64,000 nt of DNA from Oscillospiraceae bacterium. Its GTDB lineage: Bacteria; Bacillota; Clostridia; Oscillospirales; CAG-272. Position 1 is the stretch's first letter. Every line of letters begins with the position of its first letter. The stretch is taken from the NCBI GenBank assembly GCA_015065295.1, contig SVQN01000004.1, positions 3,047 through 67,046 on the forward strand. Reading direction: 5' to 3'. This document shows, one piece after another, positions 19,656 through 29,065 of the stretch. The notes below the pieces were generated by a model. That model saw only the letters and a list, made by a program, of their open reading frames with translations. It made no database searches and was not told the DNA's origin. The position numbers were made by a program, and so were the translations under genes.

Positions 19656-21029
19656 ATGAACAAAACCTACGATGTTATTATTGTCGGGGCAGGTCCTGGC
19701 GGGATTTATGCGGCTTACGAACTGACGAAATGCGCGCCGTCTCTCCGCGTCGGTGTGTTTGAAGCCGGACACGCGCTCGAAAAACGCCGCTGTCCCATTG
19801 ACGGCGACCGCGTGAAGTCGTGTATCCGGTGCGGAACCTGTTCGATCATGTCCGGGTTCGGCGGTGCAGGTGCGTTCTCCGACGGGAAATACAACATTAC
19901 CAACGATTTCGGCGGTACACTGTACGAACACATCGGCAAACAGCAGGCACTGAATCTCATGCGCTATGTGGACGACATCAACATGAGCCACGGCGGAGAG
20001 GGAACGAAAATGTATTCCACCGCCGGAACGAAGCTCAAGACGGAATGCCTCAAAAACAAGCTGAATCTGCTCGACGCGTCGGTGCGCCATCTCGGGACGG
20101 ACATCAACTACATCGTTCTGCAGAATCTCTACGAGGAGCTGAAGACCAAGGCGGATTTCTATTTCGATACCCCCGTGACGGCGATCGAAGCCCTCGACGA
20201 AGGCTACCGCGTGATCTGCAAAGACGGAGCGTATGAGTGCGGTAAGTGCATTATTTCCGTCGGACGGAGCGGCAGCAAATGGATGCAGACGGTCTGCAAG
20301 GCACTGGATATCCCCACCAAATCGAACCGTGTGGACATCGGCGTCCGCGTGGAACTTCCGGCGGTGATTTTCGCACACCTGACGGACGAGCTGTACGAAA
20401 GCAAGATTGTTTACCGGACGGACAAATTCGAAGACCTTGTGCGGACGTTCTGCATGAATCCGAACGGCATCGTTGTCAACGAAAATACCAACGGTATCGT
20501 CACGGTCAACGGCCACAGCTATGAGGACCCGGCGAAAAAGACGAACAATACCAACTTTGCCCTGCTCGTTGCCAAGCATTTTTCAGAACCCTTCAAGGAC
20601 AGCAACGAATACGGCGAAAGTATCGCCAGACTGTCGAATATGCTCGGCGGCGGGGTCATTGTCCAGCGGTTCGGCGACCTCATCCGGGGACGGCGCAGCA
20701 CGGAAAAGCGCATCGCGGAAGGTCTGGTCACGCCGACCCTTGCGGCAACGCCCGGCGACCTCAGCCTTGTCCTGCCGAAGCGGATTCTCGACGGCATTAT
20801 CGAAATGATCTTCGCCCTCGACAAAGTCGCGCAGGGAACGGCAAACGAGGACACACTCCTGTACGGCGTGGAAGTCAAGTTCTATAATATGGAAGCGGAC
20901 ATTGACGAAAATCTCGAAACCAAGCGGAAGGGACTGTACATCATCGGCGACGGAAGCGGCGTGACCCACTCGCTTTCGCACGCATCGGCAAGCGGCGTAT
21001 ACGTTGCAAGAAAAATAACAGAGGACTAA
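19656..21029 (+). CDS. FAD-dependent oxidoreductase (COG2509-like)
   Basis: 457 aa with DVIIVGAGPGGIYAA dinucleotide fold and a Cys-rich CPIDG...CIRCGTCS segment. The stop TAA is part of Rep-2 copy P4. Confidence 0.75.
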   Translation: MNKTYDVIIVGAGPGGIYAAYELTKCAPSLRVGVFEAGHALEKRRCPIDGDRVKSCIRCGTCSIMSGFGGAGAFSDGKYNITNDFGGTLYEHIGKQQALNLMRYVDDINMSHGGEGTKMYSTAGTKLKTECLKNKLNLLDASVRHLGTDINYIVLQNLYEELKTKADFYFDTPVTAIEALDEGYRVICKDGAYECGKCIISVGRSGSKWMQTVCKALDIPTKSNRVDIGVRVELPAVIFAHLTDELYESKIVYRTDKFEDLVRTFCMNPNGIVVNENTNGIVTVNGHSYEDPAKKTNNTNFALLVAKHFSEPFKDSNEYGESIARLSNMLGGGVIVQRFGDLIRGRRSTEKRIAEGLVTPTLAATPGDLSLVLPKRILDGIIEMIFALDKVAQGTANEDTLLYGVEVKFYNMEADIDENLETKRKGLYIIGDGSGVTHSLSHASASGVYVARKITED

Positions 21030-21129
21030 GGACGAATGGTTAAGGGTGAATGGCTAAAAGAGATTATCCGTCTGTTTGCTGACGGGGGATTCGGTATAGT
21101 CATTCACCATTCACCTTTAGCCCTTAGCT
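21024..21129. repeat. Rep-2 copy P4
   Basis: GACTAAGGACGAATGGTTAAGGGTGAATGGCTAA...TATAGTCATTCACCATTCACCTTTAGCCCTTAGC. Its first TAA is the stop of the FAD-oxidoreductase gene. Confidence 0.9.
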
Positions 21130-21146
21130 AAAAACGGAGGTTTTGT

Positions 21147-22010
21147 ATGCACTTCATCATCTGTACCGGCGATTCCCATACATGGGGACAGGGACCGGCG
21201 GGGCTGCTCGAACATTTTTCCGATCCGGGCGTTCAGGCGGGGGAACTGCGCCCGTCGCCGTTTGACGTACCGTTTTACGTCAATCTGGTGCGGGACGAAG
21301 TGAACCGGCGGACGGGTTCGTCGGTCTGCGAAGAAGAACCGCGCACCGTGATCGAAGGCGAATACCGGACGGGACAGGTCTGCGGAGCCGCACGGTTTGT
21401 CTTCCGGTTTGACGGCCACAACAATTATAAGGTGGCGACCGTCATTGACGGCGTGAGCCGCAGTCCGCTGATTCAGGCGCGGACGGACGAAACCGGCGGA
21501 CTTGTCATCACCGTCCCCGAACCGATGCACCTCTACCGCGCGGAATATTATTCCGGCGATTATGCCGTCATCAACGCGGGCGTGGGAAGCTGCACGACCC
21601 GGCGGTATCTCGAACAATTCTACGATTCGTATGTGAAGCTGTTTGACCCGTGCTGCATCGTCGCGGAGGCGCACAGCATCAACGACTGGCTGAATCACAT
21701 TCCGCCGGACGAAGTAAAGGCGAATCTGACGAACATTCTCACCGGCTGTCCGGACGCTTATCCGATCCTCATGACCGTACAGGAGATCGAAGGCCCGACT
21801 GCCGCGCCGTTTTCGGAAATCGACTATGCGGAGTACATCCGCGTCAGCCGCGAAACGGCGGAGGAACAGGGATTCGCTCTGGTGGATGCAAACCGCATCA
21901 TCGGACACGCGCATTTCTCGGACAACTGGCATCCGGACGAGGAAGGTCACGCGATCTATGCAGGAGAAATCATGAAGGCACTGGAATCCGGCGGGATTCT
22001 CGGAAAGTAA
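21147..22010 (+). CDS. SGNH/GDSL-family hydrolase
   Basis: 287 aa with block I CTGDSHTWG and block V DNWHPDEEGH. Confidence 0.75.
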   Translation: MHFIICTGDSHTWGQGPAGLLEHFSDPGVQAGELRPSPFDVPFYVNLVRDEVNRRTGSSVCEEEPRTVIEGEYRTGQVCGAARFVFRFDGHNNYKVATVIDGVSRSPLIQARTDETGGLVITVPEPMHLYRAEYYSGDYAVINAGVGSCTTRRYLEQFYDSYVKLFDPCCIVAEAHSINDWLNHIPPDEVKANLTNILTGCPDAYPILMTVQEIEGPTAAPFSEIDYAEYIRVSRETAEEQGFALVDANRIIGHAHFSDNWHPDEEGHAIYAGEIMKALESGGILGK

Positions 22011-22051
22011 GAAAACAGACGCAGGAAAACGAAAACCTGCGTCTGTTTTTT
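22011..22051. terminator. Bidirectional terminator between convergent SGNH and membrane-protein genes
   Basis: ACAGACGCAGG-10 nt-CCTGCGTCTGT, flanked by an A-run on the left and T5 on the right. Confidence 0.8.
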
Positions 22052-22494
22052 CAATATTTTTTGCTGATATACCGGAAAATCACCTGTTCAGCGGCACCCT
22101 GCAGAATCATATAGCACGCCAGCACGAGGGTGAGCGTATCCGCATATTCGAGCAGTCCGAAGGCGTCCAGAATCGCACAGCCGATAATCATGACCACAAG
22201 GAGTTCCTGCCCGAACTGGTAGGTGTAACAGCCGGTTTTCTCACGGAGCCGGACCTGCCGTTCGTCATTTTCTTCGATTTCTTCGTATTCGATTTTTTCA
22301 CGATAGAAATCACGGGAGCGGGGCGAATTGTAATAAAAATACCGGATGACCGTCATTCCGCCGAGGACAAAATAAGTCGAAGCCAGACCGGTCAGCCGTC
22401 CCGTGGTCAGAATCGCCGGATGAAGTGTCAGCAGAAACGCGATTGCCGCGATGAGGATGCAGGCGATTCCGTCGATCAGATGCCGTTTATTCAT
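22051..22494 (-). CDS. small multi-pass membrane protein (partner of XRE regulator)
   Basis: Start taken at MNKRHL (ATG 22494), which overlaps the XRE stop (ATGAATAA). It has 4 predicted TM segments. Confidence 0.65.
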   Translation of the reverse strand: MNKRHLIDGIACILIAAIAFLLTLHPAILTTGRLTGLASTYFVLGGMTVIRYFYYNSPRSRDFYREKIEYEEIEENDERQVRLREKTGCYTYQFGQELLVVMIIGCAILDAFGLLEYADTLTLVLACYMILQGAAEQVIFRYISKKY

Positions 22495-22696
22495 GATTGG
22501 TACTCCTTTCCCACAGAAAAATTTCTTCAATCGGTTTCCCGAAATATTCCGCGATTACAAACGCCAGTTCCAGCGAGGGATTGTACTTTCCGGTTTCAAT
22601 CGAGCTGACCGTCTGTCTCGAAACCCGGATCGCCCGCGCAAATTCGTACTGGCTGATTCCGCGTTCCTTCCGCAGCTCCTCCACTCGGTTCTTCAA
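22487..22696 (-). CDS. XRE-family HTH transcriptional regulator (short, ~69 aa)
   Basis: KNRVEELRKERGISQYEFARAIRVSRQTVSSIETGKYNPSLELAFVIAEYF. The likely start is TTG 22696, preceded by GGTGGTG; the track ORF starts at TTG 22717. Confidence 0.85.
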   Translation of the reverse strand: MKNRVEELRKERGISQYEFARAIRVSRQTVSSIETGKYNPSLELAFVIAEYFGKPIEEIFLWERSTNHE

Positions 22697-22711
22697 ACAA
22701 TCACCACCCGA

Positions 22712-22775
22712 TGTCAAGTTTCCTTTACAATTCGATTATAGCATACTTCCGATGATTTGTCAAGGTTCCTTTACA
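22712..22775 (-). promoter_or_regulatory. Candidate operator: 18-nt direct repeat overlapping -35 and the early transcribed region
   Basis: TGTCAAGTTTCCTTTACA (22712-22729) and TGTCAAGGTTCCTTTACA (22758-22775) match at 17 of 18 positions. Confidence 0.4.
22735..22763 (-). promoter_or_regulatory. Consensus promoter of the XRE / membrane-protein operon
   Basis: Minus strand: TTGACA-17 nt-TATAAT. Confidence 0.65.
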
Positions 22776-22783
22776 TAAAACCG

Positions 22784-22822
22784 AAAAAACAGACGCAGAG
22801 TTTCCCGCTCTGCGTCTGTTTT
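22784..22822 (-). terminator. Terminator of SBP2
   Basis: A6-CAGACGCAGAG-TTTCCCG-CTCTGCGTCTG-T4. On the minus strand the hairpin is followed by T6. Confidence 0.8.
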
Positions 22823-22843
22823 ACATGAATGAGGAAAGAAAAT

Positions 22844-24349
22844 TTACGGATTTGCTGCTTCAAGCTGTTCGGTGAAGAACTTCTGGAGACGTTCCACATA
22901 CTTTTTCTGCGGCTTGGAGTTCTTTGCATCCCACGAAGCAACGTCGGTGTTCGGAGTAGCCGCGTTGAACAGGTCGCTGAACATCTTGTTGTACGAGCTT
23001 GCGTAGTTGCCGAAGAGGTAGGTGAAGCTGATAATGACATTTTCGTGAATGATGTCAAGCATCTTCGCGTCGTCGGTCTGGTCGGCGTAGCGGTTCTTCA
23101 TGGCGATTTCATAGAATGCCGGATATACCTGCTTGTAGCCTTCCGCGTTCAGAGCTTCGACAACAATACCGATGTTTTCCAGATAATCCTTCTGAACGGT
23201 GATCGGAACAACGATCGGACGGTCGGTGGAACCGCCGTAATAATGTTCCTGGGTTTCGTCCAGCTTCGGCATCGGAAGAATACCGTAGGTTACTTCGGAA
23301 TCACTGAAGGTGGTGACAGCCGTGTTGATGGTTTCATAGAGGAACATCGCGCGTCCGTCCTTGAAGATGTTTGTGGATTCGCCGTTCAGGAAACCGCCTT
23401 CCCCGAAGAGAAGATTGTAGTACTTTTCGGCGAGAGAGGCGTTCTTTTCCACATCAAAGTTGTAGTAGAGATTGCCGTTTTCGTCCTTGCAGTAGGGTTC
23501 GACGTTGAAGGCTTCCATACAGCCGTAGTAATAGGTCATGGAAGCATAGCCGTACTGGTCGCCGACATCACGGGTACCGTCGCCGTTGAGGTCAACGTAA
23601 GCACTGTCGGAGATGTTTTTCAGCTCGTCCAGCGTCCAGTTGCCTTCGTATACGGTGTTGTACGGAAGAGCGATGTTCATGTTGTTCATGAGGTCCTTGT
23701 TGAAGAATACAACGCGGGTCTGGGCAAGGTTGTTGTAGGAGATGTTGTTGAACATCATGTACATCTGTCCGAGAACGGTCATACTTTCGAGGGTAGATTC
23801 CGGCCACCACGGCTTTTCAAAATCGAGATGGGGAAGATCGTATACGTTGAGGAAGTATGCCTGAAGGGAAGCGTTTGCCATGTTGACGTCGTGACCCTGC
23901 GCGAGTTCGCAGCTGTCGTCGCCGGCAACGATTGCCTGCTTGAGTGCGTCTACCTGGTCAACTTCGGCGAAGCTGGCTTCGGTCAGAGCAACGTCAACGT
24001 TGAAGCGTTCTTCGACGTTGAGGATTTTCTGGTAAACGGCGTCGTTGACAACATTACCGGTCAGCTCGTCCGCCCAGGTCTGGGAGCGGTTCAGGTCGGT
24101 GCCGAAAATGGTCATGCGGAACTGCCAGCCGTCCATATCCTTTTCGGGAAGGGTATCGGGGATAGCGGCGAGGGCTTCGGCAGCGTCGAGCTGTTTTTCG
24201 GTTTCGGCTTCCGCTGCGGGATCGGTGACTTCGGATGTGGTCGGCGCGGTATCTGCGGCGGTATCGTCTGCGGCATTGTCGCTGCACGCGGGAACGGTCA
24301 GCATGGAGAGAGCCAGCAGAAGCGCGAGGGTGCGTTTCTTGGATTTCAT
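22844..24349 (-). CDS. extracellular solute-binding lipoprotein (SBP paralog 2)
   Basis: 501 aa, lipobox VPAC. Highly similar to paralog 3 along its full length. It has its own promoter and terminator. Confidence 0.88.
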   Translation of the reverse strand: MKSKKRTLALLLALSMLTVPACSDNAADDTAADTAPTTSEVTDPAAEAETEKQLDAAEALAAIPDTLPEKDMDGWQFRMTIFGTDLNRSQTWADELTGNVVNDAVYQKILNVEERFNVDVALTEASFAEVDQVDALKQAIVAGDDSCELAQGHDVNMANASLQAYFLNVYDLPHLDFEKPWWPESTLESMTVLGQMYMMFNNISYNNLAQTRVVFFNKDLMNNMNIALPYNTVYEGNWTLDELKNISDSAYVDLNGDGTRDVGDQYGYASMTYYYGCMEAFNVEPYCKDENGNLYYNFDVEKNASLAEKYYNLLFGEGGFLNGESTNIFKDGRAMFLYETINTAVTTFSDSEVTYGILPMPKLDETQEHYYGGSTDRPIVVPITVQKDYLENIGIVVEALNAEGYKQVYPAFYEIAMKNRYADQTDDAKMLDIIHENVIISFTYLFGNYASSYNKMFSDLFNAATPNTDVASWDAKNSKPQKKYVERLQKFFTEQLEAANP

Positions 24350-24399
24350 GGGAAAATCTCCTTATAGTTTTGGAATGAAGTGAGAATTAACATCTATAT

Positions 24400-24428
24400 A
24401 TTATATCACACCTTCCGGAATCCGTCAA
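24400..24428 (-). promoter_or_regulatory. SBP2 promoter (duplicate of the 26497 promoter)
   Basis: Minus strand: TTGACG-17 nt-TATAAT. The surrounding GCAAATTTTCTTGACGGATTCCGGA block is shared with 26509-26545. Confidence 0.6.
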
Positions 24429-24447
24429 GAAAATTTGCGGAAAAGCG

Positions 24448-24487
24448 AAAAAACAGACACAGAGCGGGAAACTCTGTGTCTGTTTTT
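24448..24487 (-). terminator. Terminator of SBP3
   Basis: A6-CAGACACAGAG-CGGGAAA-CTCTGTGTCTG-T5. It is the same hairpin as at 22790, with the loop inverted and one compensated base pair. Confidence 0.8.
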
Positions 24488-24509
24488 ATGGAAATTAAAG
24501 AAAGAAAAT

Positions 24510-26018
24510 TTACGGATTTGCCGCTGTAAGCTGTTCGGTGAAGAACTTCTGCAGACGTTCCACATACTTGTTCTGAACCTTTTCGTTCTTCGCTGCCCAC
24601 GAAGCAACGTCGGTGTTCGGAGTAGCCGCGTTGAACAGGTTTTCAAACAGGATGTTGTACGCGCTTGCGTAGTTGCCGTAGAGGTAGGTGAAGCTGATGA
24701 TGACATTGCCGTGAACAAGGTCGAGCATCTTCGCGTCGTCGGTCTGGTCGGCATAACGGTTCTTCATGGCGATTTCATAGAACGCCGGGTATACGTTCTT
24801 GTAGCCTTCCGCGTTCAGAGCTTCGACTACAATACCGATGTTGTCCATATTGGTCGTCTGGACGGTGATCGGAACAGCGATCGGACGGTCGGTGGAGCCG
24901 CCGTAATACTGATCCTGCGATTCTTCCAGCTTCGGCATCGGAAGGATACCGTAAACGACATCGGAATCGCTGAATTTGTTGACCGCTTCGTTCAGCGTTG
25001 CATAGTAGAACATGGCACGGCCGTCGGTGAAGACCTTCGTGATCGTGTCATAGTCGGTTTTGAGACCGCCCTGACCGAAGAGGAGGTTGTAATACTTTTC
25101 AACAAGCGCGGAGGTTCTTTCCACGTCAAGGCTGTAGTAGAGATTGCCGTCTGCATCCTTGCAGTACGGTTCAAGGTTGAAGGGCTCCATGCAGCAGTAG
25201 AAGTAGGTCGGAGAAACGAAGCCGTACTGGTCATCCGGGTCACGGTTACCGTCGCCGTTCAGGTCAAGATACGCACTGTCGGAGAGGGTCTGGAGTTCGT
25301 CCAGCGTCCACTTGCCTTCGTAGACGGTGTCATACGGATGCGCGATGTTCATGTCGTCCATGAGAGTCTTGTTGAAGAACATGACGCGGGTTGCCTCAAG
25401 GTTGACGTAGGAGATGTTGTTGAACATCATGTACATCTGTCCGAGAACGGTCATACTTTCGAGGGTTGCTTCCGGCCACCACGGTTTTTCAAAATCGAGA
25501 TGGGGAATCTTGTAGACATCGTAGAAATACGCTTGAAGCGCAGCGTTTGCCATGCTGATATCGTGACCCTGCGCGAGTTCACAGCTGTCGTCGCCGGCAA
25601 CGATCGCCTGCTTGAGGACATCGACGCTGTCCACGCTGGCAAGGCTGGTTTCGGTCAGAGCAACATCCACATTGAAGCGTTCTTCGACGTTCAGAATCTT
25701 CTTGTAGACTGCATCGTTGACGACGTTGCCGGTTGCTTCTTCGGCATACGTTTCGGCACGGGTCTGGTCAGTGCCGAAAATGGTCATGCGGAACTGCCAG
25801 CCGTCCATATCCTTTTCGGGAAGGGAGTCGGGGATGGCGGCGAGGGCTTCGGCAGCATCGAGCTGTTCTTCGGTTTCAGCTTCCGCTGCGGGATCGGTGA
25901 CTTCGGCGGAGGGAGCGGTGGGTTCATCGCCGTTTGCCGCGGATTCGCCGCAGGAAGGAACGGTCAGCATGGAGAGCGCAAGCAGAAGAGCGATGAGGGA
26001 ACGTTTCTTGGTAGTCAT
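24510..26018 (-). CDS. extracellular solute-binding lipoprotein (SBP paralog 3)
   Basis: 502 aa, lipobox VPSC. AAGGAGG RBS. It lies 30 nt after the DUF4375-like gene. Confidence 0.88.
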   Translation of the reverse strand: MTTKKRSLIALLLALSMLTVPSCGESAANGDEPTAPSAEVTDPAAEAETEEQLDAAEALAAIPDSLPEKDMDGWQFRMTIFGTDQTRAETYAEEATGNVVNDAVYKKILNVEERFNVDVALTETSLASVDSVDVLKQAIVAGDDSCELAQGHDISMANAALQAYFYDVYKIPHLDFEKPWWPEATLESMTVLGQMYMMFNNISYVNLEATRVMFFNKTLMDDMNIAHPYDTVYEGKWTLDELQTLSDSAYLDLNGDGNRDPDDQYGFVSPTYFYCCMEPFNLEPYCKDADGNLYYSLDVERTSALVEKYYNLLFGQGGLKTDYDTITKVFTDGRAMFYYATLNEAVNKFSDSDVVYGILPMPKLEESQDQYYGGSTDRPIAVPITVQTTNMDNIGIVVEALNAEGYKNVYPAFYEIAMKNRYADQTDDAKMLDLVHGNVIISFTYLYGNYASAYNILFENLFNAATPNTDVASWAAKNEKVQNKYVERLQKFFTEQLTAANP

Positions 26019-26048
26019 GGGAAAACCTCCTTATATCATGTAAAGAAA

Positions 26049-26444
26049 TTATGGATGCGCCGGGAAAAATTCGCTGAGGTTCTTCGTTATGTACGCCTGT
26101 GTTGCGTCGGTGAGGGACGGTTCGAATTTGTAGAACGCCATGTCGGTTTCGACGTAATCGTCGTTCGCACCGTGAGCGACGGAATGGAGATAGTTTTCCG
26201 CCATGGCATCTCCGTGAACCGTACGAAGAGCGGCAGCCAGTTCATCGGGCGCAACATCGGAATACATATCGTGGTAACTGACATAGCCGCCGCTGTTCAT
26301 TTCCGCGTCGTAATTGAAGCAGAGGACGGCGATGCGCTGAACGGGTGTGAGGTCGTCGCGGGTGGGATACGTGCAGTAGGTATCGATGAAGGCGTTCCAT
26401 GGATCGTTTTTTTCGGGGAAGTCGCGGAAGCTGTCAGGGTTCAT
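26049..26444 (-). CDS. DUF4375/DMP19-like small cytoplasmic protein
   Basis: 131 aa. The pattern TPVQRIAVLCFNYDAEMNSGGYVSY resembles the DMP19 C-terminal/DUF4375 family. This is a weak call from memory. Confidence 0.45.
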   Translation of the reverse strand: MNPDSFRDFPEKNDPWNAFIDTYCTYPTRDDLTPVQRIAVLCFNYDAEMNSGGYVSYHDMYSDVAPDELAAALRTVHGDAMAENYLHSVAHGANDDYVETDMAFYKFEPSLTDATQAYITKNLSEFFPAHP

Positions 26445-26496
26445 GGGAAAACCTCCTTGGGATTTTTGGAAAAAATGATAATTTTATGACAGTTCC

Positions 26497-26525
26497 ATTA
26501 TAGCATACCCTCCGGAATCCGTCAA
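26497..26525 (-). promoter_or_regulatory. Promoter of the DUF4375-like / SBP3 operon
   Basis: Minus strand: TTGACG-17 nt-TATAAT. Confidence 0.6.
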
Positions 26526-26557
26526 GAAAATTTGCGGAAAACGACGGTTTTACGGTT

Positions 26558-27379
26558 TTACTTATACTGTTTCCGGAATACGGCCGGCGATATTCCTTCC
26601 GTACGCCGGAATACACTGCAGAAATGCGAGGTATTGACATAGCCGTTTTCCAGCGCAACATCGGCAATGGATTTATCCGTTCCGATCAATGCGTTTTTTG
26701 CGGCGATTATCCGCTGATTGGAAATGTACTGCATGACGGTCATGTTGATCTCCTCCCGGAACCGGCGGCACATATAATATTTGCTGATGTGACAGTGGCG
26801 GGCGATCTGATCCAGCGATAAATCGTCCCGGAGATGAGTATTGATGTAGGTCAGCATCGTATTCATCAGCGGGTCGGCGTGATATACAGCGGTGATATCC
26901 GGTACAAGCGTATCGGAAAAATAGGAAATCATCTGTAAAATCAGACCGGCACTCCGGGCATCGTTCGTATGGAGCGGATTCTTTATTATTTGTGAAGCCT
27001 CTTCAAAAAAATGTTCAATTCTTGCAATTTTCTCCGGTTCCCTGCATTCCGCTGACCATGAGGTCTGCTCAAGGTTTTCGAGAAGATGCAGACTTCCGCA
27101 GGCGGTCAGTATGTTCCGGACCGAATGCCGCGAGAAGACCAGTTTGCTCCGAATATAGTTCTCCGGAACCGAGGGATGGGTGTAGTGAAGCATGAGCGGC
27201 GGAATAAAATACAGGCGGCTGGATTCCAGACGATACAGGGTATCTCCGAGAAGAATGTTTCCGTTCCCTTGAACAACCCATAAAATTTCACATCCGTCAT
27301 CATGAACGTGCTGACGTCCGTACAGGGAATCCTGACCGATCTCGCGGATATAAACCTGTTCGATCCATTTGTTTTCCAA
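26558..27379 (-). CDS. AraC-family transcriptional regulator (cupin + HTH)
   Basis: 273 aa with a C-terminal AraC HTH (ALENGYVNTSHFCSVFRRTEGISPAVFRK). TTG start with AAGGAG RBS. Divergent from SBP4. Confidence 0.88.
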   Translation of the reverse strand: MENKWIEQVYIREIGQDSLYGRQHVHDDGCEILWVVQGNGNILLGDTLYRLESSRLYFIPPLMLHYTHPSVPENYIRSKLVFSRHSVRNILTACGSLHLLENLEQTSWSAECREPEKIARIEHFFEEASQIIKNPLHTNDARSAGLILQMISYFSDTLVPDITAVYHADPLMNTMLTYINTHLRDDLSLDQIARHCHISKYYMCRRFREEINMTVMQYISNQRIIAAKNALIGTDKSIADVALENGYVNTSHFCSVFRRTEGISPAVFRKQYK

Positions 27380-27569
27380 GGGATTCTCCTTCCTGTTTGT
27401 ACAATTTCACTGTAAGTATATCACATTTCCTGCTGCTTTTCAATATTTTTATCAACGAATACAGCAAGATAAGAACATTATTGTGCAAGAATTTTATATA
27501 TGATTTGTGTTTCCGTATGTTATAATAAAAATATACTATTTTTTATAATTTTCAGAAAGGAGCATTCCC

Positions 27570-29045
27570 ATGTTCAACAAAAAACGTCTTGTTTCCCTGA
27601 TCCTTCTTGCACTGCTGCTCGGCTCCTGTTCTTCCGCAACGGATGACACCTCCGGAGATACCTCGGCTCCCACGTCTGCCGATACTGCGGCGGAAGTGAC
27701 CGAAGAAGCGGCCGAAGAAACTGTCCCTGAGGAGACCGAACCGGACTGGTATGCCAACATTCCCGAAGGCACGACGTTTGACGGCTACACCTTCTCCGCG
27801 CTCAGCTACGACTACTCCAACGGCAACTGGAGCATCTATCTTGCTCCGGCGGAAATGATCGGCGAAGTTCTCAACGACGCGGCGTATCAGCGCAACACCG
27901 AAGTGGAGGAACTTCTCGGCATTGAAATCGAAGAAATTCTCGACGGAAATTCCGAAACCAGCTTCAAAAACTCCATAATGGCGGGGGACGGCGAGACCTA
28001 TGACCTGATCGCTTTCTGGTCTCCCGGCGACCGCGCGTCGTTCATCACTTCCAACCTCGTTTATGACTGGAAATCTCTCCCGAACACTGATCTGACCGCC
28101 GCATGGTACAACCAGACCGCAAACGACGCCTACGAATTTGTCGGTAAGCAGTATTTCGCGGTCAGCGACTATACCTTCCCGGTTCACCAGCATTTCCGCA
28201 TCCTGTTCAACAAGGATTTAATGAAAGACCTGAATCTGGAACTCCCCTACGAATCGGTTCACAACGGAACGTGGACATTCGACAAGATGATGGATTATAC
28301 CTCCGGTGTGTACAGTGATCTCGACGGCAACGGTCAGGCAGACCTGAACGACCGGTACGGCATTGTTCTCAACGCGGCATTTACATCTATCTTCCCTATC
28401 AACAGCGGCGAACTTCCCGTGACCTGTACGGACGAAGGATTCCAGTTCAACCTGTACTCCGACCGCATCATCAGCATTGTTGAGAGAATGCAGGCGTTCC
28501 GCACGAATCAGGACGTTTACCTGAATCTTGCGGGCGGCAACACGCAGTACGAAATTTTCCAGGCGGGCAACGCGATCTTTGAACCCTACGGTTCCGACCC
28601 GAAGCTGCTCCGCGACATCGAATTCGACCTCGGCTACCTGCCCTATCCGAAGTTTGACGAAAATCAGGAAGACTATGTTGTCTGGTCGTCCGGCGGCATG
28701 ATGGCTCTTCCGGTCACGCTGACCAATGCGGAACGTACCGGCGCGATCATCGAAGCCCTCAGCGCGGGTTCCAGCAAATATGTCAAGGATGCTTTTGTCG
28801 AACAGTATATCGAAGGCAAGGTTCTGCGTGACGAAGATTCCCAGATTATCTACCGCATGATGCGCGACAAGGCGACTTACGACCTCTCCTACAACATTGA
28901 CCCGTCCGGCAAGATCGGGGAATACAAGTGGTACTCTACGTTTGTAAATGATGCCGCAGCAAATCCCGCAAGCTACTGGGAATCCCAGCAGAAGGCGATC
29001 AACAAGACCTACAACAATCTGTTTGAAAAGATCAAGGGCAACTGA
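27570..29045 (+). CDS. extracellular solute-binding lipoprotein (SBP paralog 4)
   Basis: 491 aa, lipobox LGSC, DLDGNGQADLNDRYG loop. First gene of the sialic-acid-related cluster. Confidence 0.85.
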   Translation: MFNKKRLVSLILLALLLGSCSSATDDTSGDTSAPTSADTAAEVTEEAAEETVPEETEPDWYANIPEGTTFDGYTFSALSYDYSNGNWSIYLAPAEMIGEVLNDAAYQRNTEVEELLGIEIEEILDGNSETSFKNSIMAGDGETYDLIAFWSPGDRASFITSNLVYDWKSLPNTDLTAAWYNQTANDAYEFVGKQYFAVSDYTFPVHQHFRILFNKDLMKDLNLELPYESVHNGTWTFDKMMDYTSGVYSDLDGNGQADLNDRYGIVLNAAFTSIFPINSGELPVTCTDEGFQFNLYSDRIISIVERMQAFRTNQDVYLNLAGGNTQYEIFQAGNAIFEPYGSDPKLLRDIEFDLGYLPYPKFDENQEDYVVWSSGGMMALPVTLTNAERTGAIIEALSAGSSKYVKDAFVEQYIEGKVLRDEDSQIIYRMMRDKATYDLSYNIDPSGKIGEYKWYSTFVNDAAANPASYWESQQKAINKTYNNLFEKIKGN

Positions 29046-29065
29046 CAGAAACACAGGAGGGCATT

